A stretch of 64,000 nt of DNA from Gemmatimonadota bacterium (GCA_022563595.1 JADFNB010000007.1:14975-78974), one strand, 5' to 3'; positions 18,532 through 29,624 are shown, numbered from the stretch's first letter. The notes: a model not told the origin generated them from the sequence alone. Made by a program: numbers and translations.

Positions 18532-19181
18532 AGCCGTTTCTGCTGGTCCTGTCGGCCCCGTCCGGCGGCGGGAAGACGACAATCGCGCGGGCCCTCCTTG
18601 CGGCCCGCGAGGACGTCGGCTTCTCCGTGTCGGCGACGACCCGCAAGCCGCGTGACGGCGAGCGGGACGGCATCGACTACCATTTCCTCAGCCGGGACGC
18701 GTTCGACCGCCGCGTAGCGGCCGGAGAGTTCCTGGAATGGGCCGAGTACGGTGTCGAGCGGTACGGTACTCTGCGCTCAGAGGTCGATCGGGTCCTGGAA
18801 TCCGGGAAGCACGTCGTGCTCGACATCGAGGTGCAGGGCGCCCAACAGGTACGCGAGCGGTGCCAAAACCTAGTGAGGGTCTTTATTATTCCTCCCAATG
18901 CGGCGGAGCTTGTCGAACGCCTCGGTGGCCGGAACACGGAGCACCCGGAGGAGATCGTACGCCGGCTCCGGAGGGCCGTTGACGAACTCACCGAAGCGCC
19001 GACGTACGATTACGTCGTGGTGAACAGCGACAGGACACAGGCCGTAGCCGACGTCGCGGCAATCCTCGATGCGGAAGCGCGGCGACCGGCGCGGCTCGAT
19101 CGGCTCGAGACCACCATACAGATGCTCGCCGACGGTATCGCAAACGAGGTGAAGCTGCTGAACGAGCAACAGGAGAGTTGA
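18528..19181 (+). CDS. gmk: guanylate kinase
   Basis: The product has the P-loop SAPSGGGKTT and SATTRKPRDGERDGIDYHF. Confidence 0.9.
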   Translation: MKPFLLVLSAPSGGGKTTIARALLAAREDVGFSVSATTRKPRDGERDGIDYHFLSRDAFDRRVAAGEFLEWAEYGVERYGTLRSEVDRVLESGKHVVLDIEVQGAQQVRERCQNLVRVFIIPPNAAELVERLGGRNTEHPEEIVRRLRRAVDELTEAPTYDYVVVNSDRTQAVADVAAILDAEARRPARLDRLETTIQMLADGIANEVKLLNEQQES

Positions 19182-19393
19182 TGAGGATCTTCACACCCAT
19201 CGAGATCGCGGAACGAGCGGGCAACAAGTACCTGGGCGTGCTCGTAGCCGCCAAGTTCGCGCGGTACGTAAACGACTTCCCGCGCGACCGTTCGATCGCA
19301 TTGGAGAAAAAGCTCACGACGCGTGCCTTGGAAGAGCTGGCGTCCGGTGGACTGACCTACCGCCTCATCGGGCGCCGGCGGCACGAGACGTGA
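19181..19393 (+). CDS. rpoZ: DNA-directed RNA polymerase subunit omega
   Basis: The product reads NKYLGVLVAAKFARYV...LTTRALEEL. The gmk-rpoZ synteny is also conserved. Confidence 0.8.
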   Translation: MRIFTPIEIAERAGNKYLGVLVAAKFARYVNDFPRDRSIALEKKLTTRALEELASGGLTYRLIGRRRHET

Positions 19394-20580
19394 CCCTCTC
19401 CGGCCGGCACGTGCTCTTGGGCGTGTCGGGCGGGATTGCGAGTTACAAGACGTGCATGCTCGCGCGCCGATTCATCGAGGCGGGCGCGGCGGTAGATGTG
19501 GTAATGACCGCGTCGGCCGCACAGTTCGTGCGCCCCACGACCTTCGAAGCCTTGATCGGGCGCCCGGTTCTCACCTCCCTGTGGGAGCGTGACCGGGCGC
19601 TCGCGCATATCTCCCTATCCCGGGAACCCGGGTTGGTCGTGGTCGCGCCAGCGACCGCCAATCTCCTGGCCCGCGTTGCCCAGGGCATCGCCGACGATCT
19701 GCTGACCGCGCTGCTCCTCGCGCGTACCGGTCCCGTGCTGGTGGCACCCGCCATGAACGACATGATGTTCGCGCATCCGGCAACCGGCCGGAACCTCGAG
19801 CTGGTCGAGAATCGCGGCTGGTCGATCATCGGTCCCGAGTCGGGACCGCTCGCGGAAGGGTCCAGCGATCTACCCGGCCGCATGAGTGAGCCGGACGCGA
19901 TCTTCGTCGCGGCGGAGCGCCTGCTGCGCCAGGCCGACAGCCGCCTGGCCGGACGCCGGGTGCTGGTGACCGCCGGGCCGACCCGCGAGTTGCTCGACCC
20001 GATCCGCGTCATCACCAACCGGTCGAGCGGCCGCATGGGATTCGCCCTGGCCCGCGCGGCCTACGCCCGCGGGGCGGATGTGACGCTCATCGCCGGTCCT
20101 ACAGCATTGGCGCCGCCCATAGGGCCGGACGTGATGCGCGTCGAGTCGACGGCGGATCTGGCGGAAGCGGTGGGAAACGCCCTGCCTGAGACCGACGTGC
20201 TGCTCATGGCGGCGGCACCGGCCGATTACCGCCCCGCCGCACCGGAATCGACGAAGCGCCGGCGGAGCGACGGTGCGATCGCGGTCGAGCTTCACCCGAG
20301 CGTGGACGTGCTCGAGACGACCCGGAGCCGTCGCAAGGGAGGGAGCATAGCGGTCGGCTTCGCCTATGAGACCGAGCACGGTATCGCACGAGCCAGAGCC
20401 AAGCTCGAGCGCAAGGGCCTCGACCTCGTGGTCCTGAACCTGGACGAGGAGGGCTCAGGTGCCGAGGTCGAGACGAATCGCGTGACGCTCGTGAGCGCCG
20501 ACGCCGCGCAAGAGTTGCCGCTGCTCCCCAAGTCGGACGCCGCAGAGCGCATCTTGGACGCTGTCGAACGGCTCCTGTGA
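19390..20580 (+). CDS. coaBC: bifunctional phosphopantothenoylcysteine decarboxylase / phosphopantothenate-cysteine ligase
   Basis: The flavoprotein N-domain (LLGVSGGIASYK, APAMNDMM) and the CoaB C-domain (ITNRSSGRMG) are both present. Confidence 0.9.
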   Translation: MTLSGRHVLLGVSGGIASYKTCMLARRFIEAGAAVDVVMTASAAQFVRPTTFEALIGRPVLTSLWERDRALAHISLSREPGLVVVAPATANLLARVAQGIADDLLTALLLARTGPVLVAPAMNDMMFAHPATGRNLELVENRGWSIIGPESGPLAEGSSDLPGRMSEPDAIFVAAERLLRQADSRLAGRRVLVTAGPTRELLDPIRVITNRSSGRMGFALARAAYARGADVTLIAGPTALAPPIGPDVMRVESTADLAEAVGNALPETDVLLMAAAPADYRPAAPESTKRRRSDGAIAVELHPSVDVLETTRSRRKGGSIAVGFAYETEHGIARARAKLERKGLDLVVLNLDEEGSGAEVETNRVTLVSADAAQELPLLPKSDAAERILDAVERLL

Positions 20581-21497
20581 CCGATCCCCGCGAGCTGTTC
20601 GTACGTTATCTGGAACAACGACAGGCGCTCGACGGTGATGCGCTGATACTCCCGGAGCCGGTGAACCTCGCATCCATCCGAGCGCAGCAGGGGGAGGAGG
20701 CGCGACCGCATGTGGCGAAGGGCAAGAGCGATCCGGCACGAGCGACTGCGGTCCACCACGAAACGGGGCGCGAAGAGGTCATGCCAAGCGAGCGACCCGG
20801 GCGCCAGCAAACCAAGAAGGGTGTGAGCAGGCGGAGCAAGGCGAAGCGGGGCGAGCCCAAGTGGCGGATCGACGCACCCGCGATCCCGGGGCCCGGTTTG
20901 GTGGTCCATGCGCCTCCGAAAGATCTCTTCTCGGAGGATCCGGTGGCGGACGCGACGCTCCAGGATATCGACGACATGGTGCGGCGATGCACCAGATGCC
21001 CGCTGCACGCTACCCGACTCAACGGCGTGCCGGGTGAGGGGCCGGCCGACGCCGGCCTCTTCGTCGTCGGGGAGGGCCCGGGGGCCAACGAAGACCAGCA
21101 GGGGCGTCCGTTTGTAGGTCGTGCGGGGGACTTGCTGAACGAGATCCTCGCCTCGATCGAGTGCCCGCGCGAGACGGTCTACATAGCGAACATCCTGAAG
21201 TCACGCGCCCCGAACAACCGGAAACCGCAGGCCGATGAGATAGAGGCGTGCATACCGTATCTGCATCGCCAACTTGAAATCATCCGCCCCAAGGTTATCC
21301 TCGCTATGGGGGCCACGGCCGCGGAAACGTTGCTCAACACCCGCGGGTCGTTGGCGTCGTTGCGCGGCAAGGTACACGAGTATCGAGGCATCCCGTTGAT
21401 CGTCACGTACCATCCGGCGGCACTGCTTCGCAACCCACACTGGAAACGTCCGACCTGGGATGACGTCCGTATCGCCCGTCAGCTCCTCGAGCGCTGA
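20577..21497 (+). CDS. uracil-DNA glycosylase family 4 with a ~130-aa basic N-terminal extension
   Basis: UDG family 4 motifs are present (CTRCPLHATR, FVVGEGPGANEDQQGRPFVGRAG, TYHPAALLRNP). Confidence 0.85.
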   Translation: MTDPRELFVRYLEQRQALDGDALILPEPVNLASIRAQQGEEARPHVAKGKSDPARATAVHHETGREEVMPSERPGRQQTKKGVSRRSKAKRGEPKWRIDAPAIPGPGLVVHAPPKDLFSEDPVADATLQDIDDMVRRCTRCPLHATRLNGVPGEGPADAGLFVVGEGPGANEDQQGRPFVGRAGDLLNEILASIECPRETVYIANILKSRAPNNRKPQADEIEACIPYLHRQLEIIRPKVILAMGATAAETLLNTRGSLASLRGKVHEYRGIPLIVTYHPAALLRNPHWKRPTWDDVRIARQLLER

Positions 21498-22866
21498 GCA
21501 CGACCCCACGCCACTGCGTCAGGCGCCGTGGAGCCCCGAGGCCGAACAGGCGGTTCTCGGGGCCATGTTGCTCGACCAAGACGCGGCACTCAAGGCGGTG
21601 CAGCTCCTCGCCGACAACATGTTCTACCGGGACCCGCACCGTCGTATCTACCGAGCGATGGAGGCCATCGTCGACCGCGGAGACGTGCTTGATCCCGTCA
21701 TCCTGCGGGACGAGCTGGCTCGCCGGGCCGACCTCGAGGCGGCAGGCGGGATGGATTACCTGGCAGAACTGCTGGATGTCGTTCCGACCGCCGCCAACAT
21801 CGAGTTCCACTGCCGGATCGTCAAAGACAAAGCGCTGCTACGCCGGCTGATCGAGGTCGGCACGGGGCTGGTGCAGGCGGCCTACGACGGCCGGAAAGAG
21901 GTCGGTGCGCTGCTCGACGAAGCCGAGCAACAGGTCTTCGAGGTCTCGCAGGAGCGCGGCTTGCAGGAGGTGGTGCGCATCAAGGAACTGATGTGGCACA
22001 CCATGGAACGCATCGAAGCGCGGGACCGGGGCGATGAATCGGTACGGGGTGTGCCGAGCGGGTTTGCAGATTTGGACATGAAGACGAATGGGTTCCAGCG
22101 CAGCGACCTGATCATAGTGGCCGGCCGGCCGTCGATGGGAAAGACGTCGTTATGCCTCAACATCGCCGCGAACGCGGCGCTAGAGGCCAAGACACCGGTG
22201 GTAATCTTTTCGCTCGAGATGTCCCGCGACCAGTTGGTGGAGCGTCTCCTGGCGGCGGAGAGCTTCGTCGATCTGCACCGGCTCCGGAGCGGAGGGCTCC
22301 GCCCGGACGATTACCCCAAGCTCTCGCGGGCGGCCGGCCTGCTGGGCACGGCACCGATCTGGATCGACGACACGCCGGCGCTGACCCTGCTCGAGCTGCG
22401 CTCCAAGGCGCGACGCCTGAAGGCGGAACACGACATTCAGCTGATCGTGATCGATTACTTGCAACTGATCCGGGGCCCGTCGCGCAACGAGAGCCGGCAG
22501 GAGGAGATCAGCTACATCTCGCGCTCGCTCAAGGCGCTGGCGCGCGAACTCCACACGCCCGTCATAGCACTGTCGCAGTTGTCGCGGGCACCGGAGCAAC
22601 GGGGAGGCGACCGGCGTCCGATGCTGTCGGATCTCCGGGATTCGGGCGCCATAGAGCAGGACGCCGACCTGGTGATGTTCATCTACCGGCCGGAGGTCTA
22701 CGGCACGCGCGTGACCAGCGAGGACGCCGAAGAGGGCGTGGCCGATCTCATCGTGGCCAAACAGCGGAACGGACCGACGGGCACGATCAAGCTGGCTTTC
22801 CTCAAGCAGTACACTCGCTTCGAGAGCTATACCGGCCGAACACGCGAAGGTGGCGATGGCGGCTAG
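21460..22866 (+). CDS. dnaB: replicative DNA helicase
   Basis: The product shows PWSPEAEQAVLGAMLLD, Walker A GRPSMGKTS and VIDYLQLI. Confidence 0.95.
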   Translation: MTSVSPVSSSSAEHDPTPLRQAPWSPEAEQAVLGAMLLDQDAALKAVQLLADNMFYRDPHRRIYRAMEAIVDRGDVLDPVILRDELARRADLEAAGGMDYLAELLDVVPTAANIEFHCRIVKDKALLRRLIEVGTGLVQAAYDGRKEVGALLDEAEQQVFEVSQERGLQEVVRIKELMWHTMERIEARDRGDESVRGVPSGFADLDMKTNGFQRSDLIIVAGRPSMGKTSLCLNIAANAALEAKTPVVIFSLEMSRDQLVERLLAAESFVDLHRLRSGGLRPDDYPKLSRAAGLLGTAPIWIDDTPALTLLELRSKARRLKAEHDIQLIVIDYLQLIRGPSRNESRQEEISYISRSLKALARELHTPVIALSQLSRAPEQRGGDRRPMLSDLRDSGAIEQDADLVMFIYRPEVYGTRVTSEDAEEGVADLIVAKQRNGPTGTIKLAFLKQYTRFESYTGRTREGGDGG

Positions 22867-23548
22867 GCCACCTAACGTCGGTGTGCTCATACCGGCGGGC
22901 GGTCGCGGGGAGCGCGCGGGTCCGGGCGATCCCAAACAGTTTCGATTGATCGGCGGCATTCCGATGCTGCTCCGAGCGCTACGACCTTTCGCCCGACACC
23001 CGCGTGTCCGGAGTATCGTCGTCGCGCTACCCGAGCCGGACGCCACGGCCCCGCCCGACTGGCTGGGCGAACTGATCGGCGACCGGCTGCGGGTGGTGCC
23101 GGGTGGCACCACCCGGCGGGAGTCGGTCGGCTGCGCGCTGCGCGCGCTGGACCCGGCATGCACGGTCGTGCTAGTGCACGACGCAGCCCGGCCGTTCGTG
23201 ACGCTGGATGACATCGACGCCATAATCGAAGCGGTGGACACGGGTCGGGCCGCGATCGTCGCCCTGCCCGTGTCCGACACGCTGAAGCGGGCCGACGCCG
23301 ACCACCGGATCGTCGAGACGGTTCCGCGCGAGCGGCTGTGGCGGGCCCAAACCCCGCAAGGCTTCCCGCGCACGCTCCTCGAGCGGGCCTATGAAGAGCC
23401 GGCGCATGCGGCCAAGGCGGCCACCGACGACGCGGCGCTGGTGGAAGCGCTCGGGGCGGATGTCATGGTCGTGCCCGGACGTACGGCCAACCTCAAGGTG
23501 ACGACGCCGGAGGATTTCCGGCTGGCGGAGGCACTGGTTGCGCAATGA
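22850..23548 (+). CDS. ispD: 2-C-methyl-D-erythritol 4-phosphate cytidylyltransferase
   Basis: The product shows VLIPAGGRGERAG, VLVHDAARPF and RAQTPQGF. Confidence 0.9.
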   Translation: MAMAARPPNVGVLIPAGGRGERAGPGDPKQFRLIGGIPMLLRALRPFARHPRVRSIVVALPEPDATAPPDWLGELIGDRLRVVPGGTTRRESVGCALRALDPACTVVLVHDAARPFVTLDDIDAIIEAVDTGRAAIVALPVSDTLKRADADHRIVETVPRERLWRAQTPQGFPRTLLERAYEEPAHAAKAATDDAALVEALGADVMVVPGRTANLKVTTPEDFRLAEALVAQ

Positions 23549-24195
23549 GCGTGATCCCGTTCGGTACGGCGGATGAACACGCCGCCGCAGCGTCCCAGGT
23601 GAAAGAACATCTCGCCGCCGGCGGGCTGCTGGCCTATCCCACCGAGACGGTCTACGGGCTGGGATCGCGCGCGATGCCCGACGACGTCGCCGCATTGGCA
23701 GCGCTCAAGGGCCGACCGGAGGGGAAACCATTCCTAGTGCTCGTGTCGGGGCGCGGCATGGCCGCCGACTACGGATTCGAGTTCACTGAAGCCGCCAACG
23801 CGTTGGCGGAGGCGTTCTGGCCCGGCCCGCTCACCTTGATACTCCCCGGTGCAACCCAATTGCCCGCGACCCTGCGCGGGCCTGAAGGCGGCGTTGCCGT
23901 ACGGTGGACTTCGCACGCGGGAATGGCAGAACTGATCGGTCGACTGGGAGAACTGATCACCTCGACGTCGGCGAACCGGCCGGGTGGTCCCACCGCGCCG
24001 GGTGTCGGCGCTATCGTGGAGACGTTCGGGGCGGCGGTCACATCAGGCCAGCTGCTCGTGCTCGACGGCGGGGTGCTCGGCAACGTACCTCCGTCCACGC
24101 TGGTCGACTGCACGACACCGATCCCGCGTCTCGTGCGTGAGGGCGCGATTCCGCGCCGGGAGCTACAGCGCGCGGCCGGGAGCTCGGCCCCGTGA
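23545..24195 (+). CDS. tsaC: L-threonylcarbamoyladenylate synthase (YrdC/Sua5 family)
   Basis: The product shows LAYPTETVYGLG and TSTSANRPGGP. Confidence 0.85.
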   Translation: MSVIPFGTADEHAAAASQVKEHLAAGGLLAYPTETVYGLGSRAMPDDVAALAALKGRPEGKPFLVLVSGRGMAADYGFEFTEAANALAEAFWPGPLTLILPGATQLPATLRGPEGGVAVRWTSHAGMAELIGRLGELITSTSANRPGGPTAPGVGAIVETFGAAVTSGQLLVLDGGVLGNVPPSTLVDCTTPIPRLVREGAIPRRELQRAAGSSAP

Positions 24196-24671
24196 CGCAC
24201 GTGCTCTTCGTGTGCACCGGGAACATCTGCCGGAGTCCGCTGGCGGAGGCGATCTTCCGCCGCGAGATCGCCGCCCGCGGCCTCGATGGTCTTACCGCCT
24301 CGTCAGCTGGCACGGGGGCGTGGGACGGCGCACCCGCCTCCGAGGGCGCCTACCTGATCGCCCTGGAACACGATCTCGATCTTTCCGGACACCGCGCGGG
24401 GCTACTCACGCGCGACCTCGTCGAGCAAGCCGACGTGATCTTGACCATGGCCCGACATCATCGGGCCCGGGTCACGGAACTGGGCGGAGACGCGGTGACC
24501 CAGGTGCTGGGTGAGTACGCCGGCCGTACCGGTCCGGATGCCGAGGTGAGCGACCCGTTCGGCGGTGACATCGAGCTGTACCGCTCGACTTACGAGGATC
24601 TGGATGAGCTGGTACGGATTGCCGTCGGGCGGCTCGCGAAGGAACAACGTGAGCAGGGTGCGAGCGACTAG
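24192..24671 (+). CDS. low-molecular-weight protein-tyrosine phosphatase
   Basis: The product has the active-site motif VCTGNICRSP and a downstream DPFGG. Confidence 0.85.
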   Translation: MTHVLFVCTGNICRSPLAEAIFRREIAARGLDGLTASSAGTGAWDGAPASEGAYLIALEHDLDLSGHRAGLLTRDLVEQADVILTMARHHRARVTELGGDAVTQVLGEYAGRTGPDAEVSDPFGGDIELYRSTYEDLDELVRIAVGRLAKEQREQGASD

Positions 24672-25464
24672 CCGTACGCTGGTGGTGCTCGGTGACCCGG
24701 TAGCCCACTCCCTGTCGCCGGTGATGCACAACGCCGCGATCGCCGCCCTCGGGTTGGACGCCGTCTACGTGGCTCTGCCCGCAACACGCGACGCCGTGCC
24801 CGCGATTCTGGAAACGTTTCTCTCCCTCGACATAGCCGGCAACCTCACGGTGCCGCTCAAGATCATCGGGGCGCATGCTATCCACGATCTCACCCCGGGA
24901 GCGCAAGCGCTTGGGGCCGTCAACACCTTCTGGCCGCAGGACGGACGGTTGGCCGGTGACAATACCGATGTGCGGGGCCTCCTGGACGCGATCGAAGCGG
25001 TCGACGCGGAACCCCCGTGGCTGTTGGCAGGAACCGGCGGTGCGGCTCGGGCGGCGGCGGTGGCGGCGGCGGAGCGGGGCGTGGCCGTGCTCGTCCGGTC
25101 GCGCGACCCGGCCCGCGCGGCGACTTTCGTAGAGTGGGCGCGGACCCTGGGTGTCGACGCGCGGGAAGACGACGGGACCAGGGCCGAAACCGCGATCAAC
25201 GCGACACCGTTGGGCCTGCTCCCCGAAGACGAGCTGCCGTTCATCGCCGAACGGCTGGACGGCACGCACGCGGTGGTCGACTGCGTCTACGCGCCCGGCG
25301 AAACGGCATGGGTGCGCGCCTGCCGCGCGCGCGGCATGCGGGCCACGGACGGACGAACGATGTTGGTCGGGCAGGGCGCGCTTGCCTTCGAGCGTTTCTT
25401 CCCCGGTATCGACGCCCCGCGAGAGGTGATGCGTGCGGCCGTCGATCGGGCGCTGCGCTCATGA
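24649..25464 (+). CDS. aroE: shikimate dehydrogenase
   Basis: The product shows LGDPVAHSLSPVMHNAA, GNLTVPLK and NTDVRG. A GTG start is assumed at 24649 (alternative 24658). Confidence 0.85.
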   Translation: MSRVRATSRTLVVLGDPVAHSLSPVMHNAAIAALGLDAVYVALPATRDAVPAILETFLSLDIAGNLTVPLKIIGAHAIHDLTPGAQALGAVNTFWPQDGRLAGDNTDVRGLLDAIEAVDAEPPWLLAGTGGAARAAAVAAAERGVAVLVRSRDPARAATFVEWARTLGVDAREDDGTRAETAINATPLGLLPEDELPFIAERLDGTHAVVDCVYAPGETAWVRACRARGMRATDGRTMLVGQGALAFERFFPGIDAPREVMRAAVDRALRS

Positions 25465-26222
25465 ACGCCGGCCTCGCGCGCGCGCTCGAGCGCTTCCTCC
25501 TGCCCAACGCCTGCCTCGTGTGCGAACGGCTGGTCGAGCAGCACCGACCGGACGCGCTGATCTGCGGAGTCTGCAGCGCCCGGCTGCGCCCGATCGTTCC
25601 GGGTTGCCGTCGTTGCGGCCAACCGCTCCCGCCGGTGGGGCCGTGCCGGTTCTGCGCTGGCTGGCCGGAGAACCTCTCGTTAGCACGGAGCGCTGTCTGG
25701 CTGGACGACGCGGCGCGCACGATCATCCACCGTCTCAAGTACGACGGCTGGCACGGCCTGGGCACCGAACTGGGCGGCATCGTGGCCCGTCACGTCCCCC
25801 GGCCGGCACGCGCCTACCTGGTCCCCGTTCCGCTCAGCCAGAGGCGACTCCGCGACCGCGGCTACAATCAGGCCACCGTACTCGCCCGTGGCATCGCCGC
25901 CGTGTGGCAGTACCCCGTGGCCGAACGACTCCTGCATCGCGTGCGGGAGACGCAGACCCAGACCGCCCTCACTCCGGAGGAACGCGCGGATAACGTGGCG
26001 GGCGCGTTCGAGGCCGCGCCGCGGTCGGCCGGCGGCAGGGCGATTATATTGATCGACGACGTACTCACGACAGGCGCCACATTGTGCGCCGCGGCCTGCG
26101 CGTTGGCGGCAGCAGGATGGCTTACGATCGGCGCCGTGACCCTCGCGCGGGCACTCCCCTACGACATTCGCGTTGCGGGCGGAACGAGCCGCACGCCGCA
26201 CGACAACAGCGACCGAGGATAA
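25461..26222 (+). CDS. comF: ComF family protein (phosphoribosyltransferase domain)
   Basis: An N-terminal Cys4 zinc finger is followed by a PRT motif ([12 protein letters not shown]). Confidence 0.8.
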   Translation: MNAGLARALERFLLPNACLVCERLVEQHRPDALICGVCSARLRPIVPGCRRCGQPLPPVGPCRFCAGWPENLSLARSAVWLDDAARTIIHRLKYDGWHGLGTELGGIVARHVPRPARAYLVPVPLSQRRLRDRGYNQATVLARGIAAVWQYPVAERLLHRVRETQTQTALTPEERADNVAGAFEAAPRSAGGRAIILIDDVLTTGATLCAAACALAAAGWLTIGAVTLARALPYDIRVAGGTSRTPHDNSDRG

Positions 26223-26224
26223 CC

Positions 26225-27235
26225 ATGGCCGTACGGATAGGGATCAACGGATTCGGTCGGATCGGACGCAACGTCCTCCGGGCCCTGCGAAAGAAGGGAT
26301 CCGACCTCCAAGTCGTCGCGGTCAACGACCTCACCGACGCGAAGACGCTCGCCCATCTATTAAAGTACGATTCGGTGCACGGACGCTATCCGGGCAAGGT
26401 GACCGTCGACGGCAACACCATCGTGGTGGACGACGCCTCGATCCGTGTCCTGTCAGACCGCGACCCGGCCGACCTGCCCTGGAACGATCTCGGCGTCGAC
26501 ATCGTGCTCGAGGCAACCGGCCTGTTCCTCAACCGTGCCCAGGCGGCACGACATATCGAGGCAGGCGCCAAGAAGGTGTTGATCAGTGCGCCGGCCAAGA
26601 ACGAAGACATCACGATCGTGATGGGCGTCAACGACTCGGCGTACGACGCGGCCCGGCACCACGTGATCTCCAACGCGTCCTGCACGACCAACTGCCTCGT
26701 GCCCGTGGTGAAGGTCATGCTCGACGCGTTCGGGTTCGAGCGCGGGTTCATGACCACCATCCACAGCTACACCAACGACCAGCGGATTCTCGATCTGCCA
26801 CACAAAGATCTCCGCCGCGCGCGCGCGGCGGCGCTGAACATCATCCCCACGACGACGGGGGCGGCGCGCGCCACCGCACTCGTGATTCCCGAGGTCGAGG
26901 GCAAGATCGACGGCATCGCCCTCCGAGTCCCGACACCGAACGTCTCGCTGGTGGAGCTTACCTGCACGGTCTCGCGCGCCACCGATATCGACGCCGTGAA
27001 CGCCGCGTTCCGCGAGGCTGCGGGCGGCCGACTGACCGGTGTATTGGCGGTGAGCGACGAACCGCTCGTCTCGAGCGACTACATAGGCGATCCGTACTCG
27101 AGCACGGTCGACGCGCAGTGCACGAACGTGATCGACGGCACGTTGGTGCACGTCTCGTCCTGGTACGACAACGAGATGGGGTACTCGATGCGCTGTGTCG
27201 ACCTGATGGAGCTGATCGCCGGCTCCCTTACCTGA
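26225..27235 (+). CDS. gap: type I glyceraldehyde-3-phosphate dehydrogenase
   Basis: The product shows [21 protein letters not shown] and WYDNEMGYS. Confidence 0.95.
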   Translation: MAVRIGINGFGRIGRNVLRALRKKGSDLQVVAVNDLTDAKTLAHLLKYDSVHGRYPGKVTVDGNTIVVDDASIRVLSDRDPADLPWNDLGVDIVLEATGLFLNRAQAARHIEAGAKKVLISAPAKNEDITIVMGVNDSAYDAARHHVISNASCTTNCLVPVVKVMLDAFGFERGFMTTIHSYTNDQRILDLPHKDLRRARAAALNIIPTTTGAARATALVIPEVEGKIDGIALRVPTPNVSLVELTCTVSRATDIDAVNAAFREAAGGRLTGVLAVSDEPLVSSDYIGDPYSSTVDAQCTNVIDGTLVHVSSWYDNEMGYSMRCVDLMELIAGSLT

Positions 27236-27252
27236 CGGGCCGGGGAATCCAT

Positions 27253-28446
27253 GTGAACAAACGCTCGATCGAGGCGCTCGCCGACCAGCCGCTCGAGGGC
27301 ATGCGCGCGCTGGTTCGCGTCGACTTCAACGTCCCGATCAAGGACGGCACGGTCGCCGATCGCACGCGTATCCGCGCCGCGCTGCCGACCATCCGGTGGC
27401 TCCGTGACCGCGGCACCCGCGTCGTCCTGCTCTCACATCTCGGACGCCCCAAAGGAAAGCCTGACCCCCGGTTCTCGTTGCGGCCGGTCGCGGCCGCTCT
27501 CGAGCTGGAACTGGGAATGCCAATCACCTTCATCGACGACCCTACCAGCGATGAGGCGGTCAGAACCACGCGCCGCATGAAGCGCGGCGAGGTAGCGCTC
27601 GCCGAGAACACCCGCTTCTTCCCGGGAGAGGAGCAGAACGATCCGGCGTTGGCGGCGCGGTTCGCGGCACTGGGCGACCTGTACGTCAACGACGCGTTCG
27701 CCTCGGCCCACCGCGGGCACGCCTCCACGGAAGCCGTCGCCCATCTGCTCAAACCGGCCGTGGCCGGCCGGCTCATGGCCCGCGAACTCACCTATCTGGG
27801 CGGCGCACTGCGCGAGCCGGCGCGTCCGTTCCTGACCGTGCTCGGCGGCGCAAAGATATCCGGCAAGATCGATGTCATCGAGAACCTGCTCCCGCTGACC
27901 GACCGAATCCTGATCGGCGGGGCGATGGCCTGCACGTTCTTCGCCGCCATGGGACTCGAGGTCGGGAAGTCGCTCGTGGAGCCAGACCGGATTGGCGTGG
28001 CGCGGCAACTGCTCGAGCGCGCCGGTGGCAAGCTCATCCTGCCCGAAGGGGCCGTCATCGCGCAGCAACTCGCGTCCGACACCCCCTTACGCAGCGTGCC
28101 GCGTGACGCGATCCCAGCGGGCTGGGCCATGTACGACATCGACGAGCGGACGCGGGACGACTTCGCGGCCCACATTGCCGGCGCCAAGACCATCGTGTGG
28201 AACGGGCCGATGGGAGTCTTCGAGACGCCACCCTTCGATGCGGGAACGCTCGCCGTCGCCCGGGCCCTCGGATCCGCCACGGCCGCGGGTGCGGTCACAA
28301 TCGTAGGTGGCGGAGACTCGGCTGCCGCTCTCGCGGCGGCGGGTCTCGTCGACACCGTCACACACGTCTCCACAGGCGGTGGCGCGGCACTCAAGTTCCT
28401 CGAGGGCAAGACGCTGCCCGGTGTCGCGGCACTGGACGACCTATGA
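27253..28446 (+). CDS. pgk: phosphoglycerate kinase
   Basis: The product shows VRVDFNVP, SHLGRPKG and GGGDSAAA. The GTG start at 27253 is chosen, and the long 5' part of the track ORF is out-of-frame overlap with gap. Confidence 0.95.
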   Translation: MNKRSIEALADQPLEGMRALVRVDFNVPIKDGTVADRTRIRAALPTIRWLRDRGTRVVLLSHLGRPKGKPDPRFSLRPVAAALELELGMPITFIDDPTSDEAVRTTRRMKRGEVALAENTRFFPGEEQNDPALAARFAALGDLYVNDAFASAHRGHASTEAVAHLLKPAVAGRLMARELTYLGGALREPARPFLTVLGGAKISGKIDVIENLLPLTDRILIGGAMACTFFAAMGLEVGKSLVEPDRIGVARQLLERAGGKLILPEGAVIAQQLASDTPLRSVPRDAIPAGWAMYDIDERTRDDFAAHIAGAKTIVWNGPMGVFETPPFDAGTLAVARALGSATAAGAVTIVGGGDSAAALAAAGLVDTVTHVSTGGGAALKFLEGKTLPGVAALDDL

Positions 28447-29192
28447 CGCGCATCTTCGCCGGCAACTGGAAAATGCACCTGGGACCGGCGGCCGCCGCTG
28501 CGTTTCTCGACCGCTTCCTCCAGCGGTACGACGGGAGCGCGGATCGGGAGGTATGGTTCTTCGCGCCGGCCGTCTCGGTCATGACCGTCGCCGAAACGGT
28601 GCGCGGGCGCGCCGGGATTCGCGTAGGAATACAGAACGTCCACTGGGAGGAGCAAGGAGCGTTTACCGGCGAGACCAGCGTACGCATGGCTGCCGAAGCC
28701 GGCGCGACCGCAGCCCTGGTGGGTCACTCCGAGCGCCGGCACGTTTTCGGCGAGACCGACGCGGAGACCGGCCTCAAGGTGCGGGCGCTGCTCGCCGGCG
28801 GCCTGATACCGATGCTCTGTGTCGGCGAACGACTCGAGGAACGGGAACGTGAGGAGACGCTCGACGTTGTGCTCCGGCAGCTCCGAGTGCTAGACGGGCT
28901 CGACGCCGACGAGATCGCTCGGGTACGCGTCGCCTACGAGCCGGTTTGGGCTATCGGTACGGGCAGGAACGCCAGCCCGGAGGACGCCGCCACGGTGCAC
29001 GCGGCCATTCGCGCAGAACTCGTCCGGCTCGGCATGCCTGTCGAGGCCGCCCAGGTGCTGTACGGCGGGAGCGTCAAGCCGGACAACGTCGGTTCGCTGG
29101 TCGCGCAAGCGGAGATCGACGGCGTTCTGGTCGGCGGCGCTTCCCTCGATCCCGACTCGTGGCAGAGAATCGTGGCGGTCAGTCTCGATTGA
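28443..29192 (+). CDS. tpiA: triose-phosphate isomerase
   Basis: The product shows AGNWKMH, VGHSERR, AYEPVWAIGTG and VGGASL. Confidence 0.95.
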   Translation: MTRIFAGNWKMHLGPAAAAAFLDRFLQRYDGSADREVWFFAPAVSVMTVAETVRGRAGIRVGIQNVHWEEQGAFTGETSVRMAAEAGATAALVGHSERRHVFGETDAETGLKVRALLAGGLIPMLCVGERLEEREREETLDVVLRQLRVLDGLDADEIARVRVAYEPVWAIGTGRNASPEDAATVHAAIRAELVRLGMPVEAAQVLYGGSVKPDNVGSLVAQAEIDGVLVGGASLDPDSWQRIVAVSLD

Positions 29193-29238
29193 CCCCGTCA
29201 TATGGCCCGGGTATCTTGCGGCCCGAACGAGGATCTCG

Positions 29239-29619
29239 ATGTTTGCATTCCTGCTGATCATTCTGATTATCGACGCGGTGGTGCTCGGCACCGTCGTGCT
29301 GCTCCAGTCGGGCAAAGGCGGGGGACTCGCCGCTATGGGCGGCGGCGCTTCCACCGACACGTTCCTGGGCGGCAGGCAGGCGGCCACGATCCTGACCAAG
29401 ATGTCCTGGTGGTGCGGCGGTATTTTCCTGGCTCTGTCACTGGTCCTCGCGGGCCTGTCGGCAGGCGGCGGCACACCCGGTTCCGTGCTGGAAGGACAGC
29501 TCGCCCCGCCCGCGCCGGTCTTGGCACCGCCGCTCCCGCTCGACCTGAACATCCAACCGAGCGCCGAGGAGCAACCACCGACGCAGCAGGCGGAGCCGAC
29601 AACACCTGGTAACGACTGA
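29239..29619 (+). CDS. secG: preprotein translocase subunit SecG with a Pro/Ala-rich tail
   Basis: The product shows [16 protein letters not shown] and two TM segments. Confidence 0.85.
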   Translation: MFAFLLIILIIDAVVLGTVVLLQSGKGGGLAAMGGGASTDTFLGGRQAATILTKMSWWCGGIFLALSLVLAGLSAGGGTPGSVLEGQLAPPAPVLAPPLPLDLNIQPSAEEQPPTQQAEPTTPGND

Positions 29620-29624
29620 TCCGG

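Noticed and set aside
26173-27252. The 5' two-fifths of the 757-aa ORF that ends as pgk.
   Set aside because: This part is an out-of-frame overlap of gap and gives Arg-rich nonsense. PGK homology begins at GTG 27253.
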